NCBI GenBank assembly: GCA_010015585.1
Contig: ML975154.1
Reading direction: 5' to 3' (one strand)
From: Eremomyces bilateralis CBS 781.70
Taxonomy: Eukaryota
Length of the DNA stretch: 64,000 bases
Under the pieces are notes generated by a model. It ran no database searches. It was not told the DNA's origin and saw only the letters and a list, made by a program, of their open reading frames with translations. Made by a program: the position numbers and the translations under genes. This document shows, piece by piece, positions 60,990 to 64,000 of this stretch (positions within the stretch are counted from its first letter, which is position 1; the number at the start of each line of letters is the position of its first letter).

Positions 60990-61923
60990 TTGGTGGACGG
61001 TTAGCGAGGGGGGGGCTTCATAATCGAAGGGGGTCCGCGAGAAGGTCCCACGGCGATGGATCACGAGGACCTATAGCTTGGACAGACGAGGAGAAGGACG
61101 AGACGTAATGTATGATAAAGATAAACGAACGACTGTGTATGATAATGAACGAAGGGCATGAGCACTGAAAATTGCCGATGCGGACCGTTGGAGAAAATCG
61201 GGCGCCATGCCAGCTTCGCGGCTTGGGTTTTGGTGGAAAACGGTACATAATAGAGCAGCTGGCTGAGCTATCGTAATTATCCTAAATGAATAGAGCATCT
61301 ACTACCTACATTGCGACGGCTGGGGTGGTTTCTTTCCTCCCGGACTTTGGAGTTCGATTACAATATTTATACGTAGGCAGGTACCATAGTTGCCAACCCA
61401 AAAATCGTGGGTGTCGAAGCGACCGACAACTTATTCTCTACTTCCAACCTTCCAAGTTCCAACCAACCTATTTGGTGGTAAATCAGAAGATTCCGAGTCA
61501 GATGGGCTCCCGAAATCAGGTAAGTTCAGCGTCATATTTTCCACTGCCTGCGTCTACGATTTCACTCCGAGCCTCTCCCAAATTGCCACCGGTTGGCGAG
61601 TTCATTTTTCAAAGCCTTCCGTCCGTTACATCTTAGATTACTCCGTTCACGGTTCTTATATGACTATGCGGAGAGTCAATGTACTATTCGAGTTCATGAT
61701 TACCACAGGTTGCACGTCGCTGTGACTTGAAGAGTCACTCAAATGGGTTTCTTGTATTTCAATGATTACGGGTCCCAGGACAGTGCCTCAGTAACCGAAA
61801 TCGCTTGTTCCATTGACAACTCATCGATATTGCCGATACTAGAAAGTCCCAACTATCCAACACCTTAGAAGCCAGAACTCTTCCAATCTTCACCTCTCCA
61901 CCTCGCCACCTTGACTTCCGTCA

Positions 61924-63300
61924 TCACTCCCCTCCTCCCACCCACTCCTTCGACTCCGCCTCCTCCCACCGAGCAGTAGGCTCTTGCACCGGCAATGCCA
62001 CCAGCAGATCTTCCCCACCCTCCTCCGGATTTGCAAACCGGTCCAAACGCCCCGGAATCCTCCCGAATTGATCCACCGCCCACTCCAAAAACCGCGGAGT
62101 GCGAGGGGGTGTGCCGGATCGCGATCGACGGTTCTCGTGCGCTGTCGCCTCATGCCCGCTGCGGAGTTCGAACTGCGCTCGTCGGCGCACCCACTCTTCT
62201 TCGGATACGGCTGGGAGATTAGGTGCTGAGAGTGGGCGGCGGTGGATGGCTGCTACCGGGCTAGATTTTCGGGATGGCGCTGGCGAAGGCATGCAGATAG
62301 ATAGGGGGCGCAACTCGATTCCGGTGGCGAAGGATGAGGGGCTGGGTGGTAGGAGTGCCTCGAGGGAGGATAGTTCGTCATCGCAACTGAATGGACTGAT
62401 CCGGGGCGAAGGGTGGCAGTGAGCGAGGCGGGACCACACAGAACGTCGTTTGGCTTGCTCGTCGTGTTCTTCAGCAGCGGTAAAGAAAAGCTTTGACCGC
62501 GTTGAGGAAGAGGAACGGACGGACGGGGACCAGATGACCTTTATGGAAACTTTCTGGAGACCAGGGGTTTGCTGATTGTAGTAGGTATGGGTCAAACTGA
62601 GGAGCGTGAAGAAGCACATCATGCTGCCCAATACGCTGGAGAGCAGAAACAGCCAGATCGGAACGGAAGGGATGGATATCGGGTTGATCTTCAGGGGGAG
62701 AGGTCCACTGCCGAGCGGCCCAGAGACCCGGGCAGATCTAGTCCCATTGATAGGCGTGGCCAGTGGTACTGCTATGATCGATGTGGTATGCGCTGACGCG
62801 GCGGCGAAACAGGGTTGAATAGGGTTCTGGCAGCCCCTACATATGGCTTCAGTGGTATGTTCTTCAGTTGGAGAATCGGCCTGGGTCTCGTATATCTCCA
62901 CGCTGAAGGTCTCGGATATCGGTGTTGTAGTCGCCAATATTGCCACAGGAGCTTTGCGGCATCCGGTGTAGACAGTTTCCGCTGTGGTGTCCTCATAGGT
63001 TGTTTCGGGGTCGGCCGCAGAGGAGCAGGGTGCAACGCAGCTGCGGAGTTCAGTGTTGGCGACCGTGGATGACGCATCGCCAGTAGCTACGAGTAGCTTA
63101 AGTCGCTTCTTGCCGACATCGTGGATGTCCTGGAGAAAACCATATCCGCGTGCGATGTCTTCGGCTTTGCGACGAGGTTTGACCACAATACCCTGCACGA
63201 TGCCATTGAGGACTGCTCCTGGGACAGTCCCTCTGGTATTGTTTGGGTTCCAAGAGGAATTCCCACCCTTCTCATGGAGGTTCAGGCTCTCAAGATCCAT
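61924..63300 (-). CDS. Hypothetical protein with one predicted TM segment
   Basis: ~458-codon ORF from ATG 63300; hydrophobic IWLFLLSSVLGSMMCFFTLLSL; Ser/Pro-rich tail. Confidence 0.5.
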   Translation of the reverse strand: MDLESLNLHEKGGNSSWNPNNTRGTVPGAVLNGIVQGIVVKPRRKAEDIARGYGFLQDIHDVGKKRLKLLVATGDASSTVANTELRSCVAPCSSAADPETTYEDTTAETVYTGCRKAPVAILATTTPISETFSVEIYETQADSPTEEHTTEAICRGCQNPIQPCFAAASAHTTSIIAVPLATPINGTRSARVSGPLGSGPLPLKINPISIPSVPIWLFLLSSVLGSMMCFFTLLSLTHTYYNQQTPGLQKVSIKVIWSPSVRSSSSTRSKLFFTAAEEHDEQAKRRSVWSRLAHCHPSPRISPFSCDDELSSLEALLPPSPSSFATGIELRPLSICMPSPAPSRKSSPVAAIHRRPLSAPNLPAVSEEEWVRRRAQFELRSGHEATAHENRRSRSGTPPRTPRFLEWAVDQFGRIPGRLDRFANPEEGGEDLLVALPVQEPTARWEEAESKEWVGGGE

Positions 63301-64000
63301 ATTGAATCTTTGTCTTTGATAATATGAAAGCAAACACAAGGAAAGGGAAGAGCAAGGGATCAAGGCTGACTGTCGCCACCCTCTTCCAAGATGGTACCGG
63401 GCCATTCAGTAGTGTATGAAGGATTAAAGAGCGCAAATGAGGTTGCTATGAGAGTGCTTGAAGCAAAACAGCTCAGTGTCAGTTTATAAGAAAGAACATC
63501 AGGCCAAAGACGGTCACTTGTGTGAGACAAGAGCTAAGGCTGTCCAGGCTACAGTCATGAACTCGACTCAGTCCTCATTGTTGCAGGTACAGGGCAAATA
63601 CTGTGGCCTAATAATGTACGTAGAGGTGTTCAATAGCTAGTTATATCGATACTGTAATCATTGACACTATGAGTCGAGGGGGTTGAAAGCAACGGCCCCT
63701 TGTAGTCACTCAATCCAGTCAATCCTCGGCGACAGCCGGTTAAAATAGGGGAGCACTATCCCATTCACGATGATATAAGGCTTGCGGTATTGCTATAGAT
63801 TATCTTTTCACAGGAATAAAACGGTTACGAAATGCCAGTCTTCAAAAGATAGCTTCTGCAGGTCTTGCATACATATTAGTCTCCGATATGTGTCGTGGCT
63901 GGTTAAGCAAAGTAGTTTCTGAAGCCTGAGTCAGGAAAGGCCCTTGGTTATGGCATCCACTACAGTCGTATGCACCGCTTTGACTAATTCCCATAACCAC

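Overview
Gene-dense genomic DNA from a filamentous ascomycete (Pezizomycotina-like: GT-AG introns with CTRAC branch points), with a 320-nt assembly gap at 52518-52837. Recognisable genes: mitochondrial D-lactate dehydrogenase, EsdC, an arrestin-like protein, a VWA single-pass membrane protein, an ENA-type P-type ATPase, two F-box proteins, mitochondrial ribosome recycling factor, M18 aminopeptidase, a putative GPI-anchored Cys/Gly-rich protein, Sid1/SepL kinase, a RibD/DHFR-like reductase, an MFS transporter, arylsulfatase and a DUF4048-like protein. Most notable non-standard structures: (1) a complete hAT transposon with an intact spliced transposase, carrying a nested Mutator-like MITE and inserted into a PacC-motif cluster upstream of the ENA gene; (2) an F-box gene whose N-terminus is built from tandemly duplicated exon+intron cassettes with three paralogous introns; (3) an otherwise intact secreted alpha/beta-hydrolase gene interrupted by two in-frame TGA codons in similar contexts; (4) an internally deleted RecQ-like helicase relic beside the gap. 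All calls come from manual reading and family recall; no searches were run.
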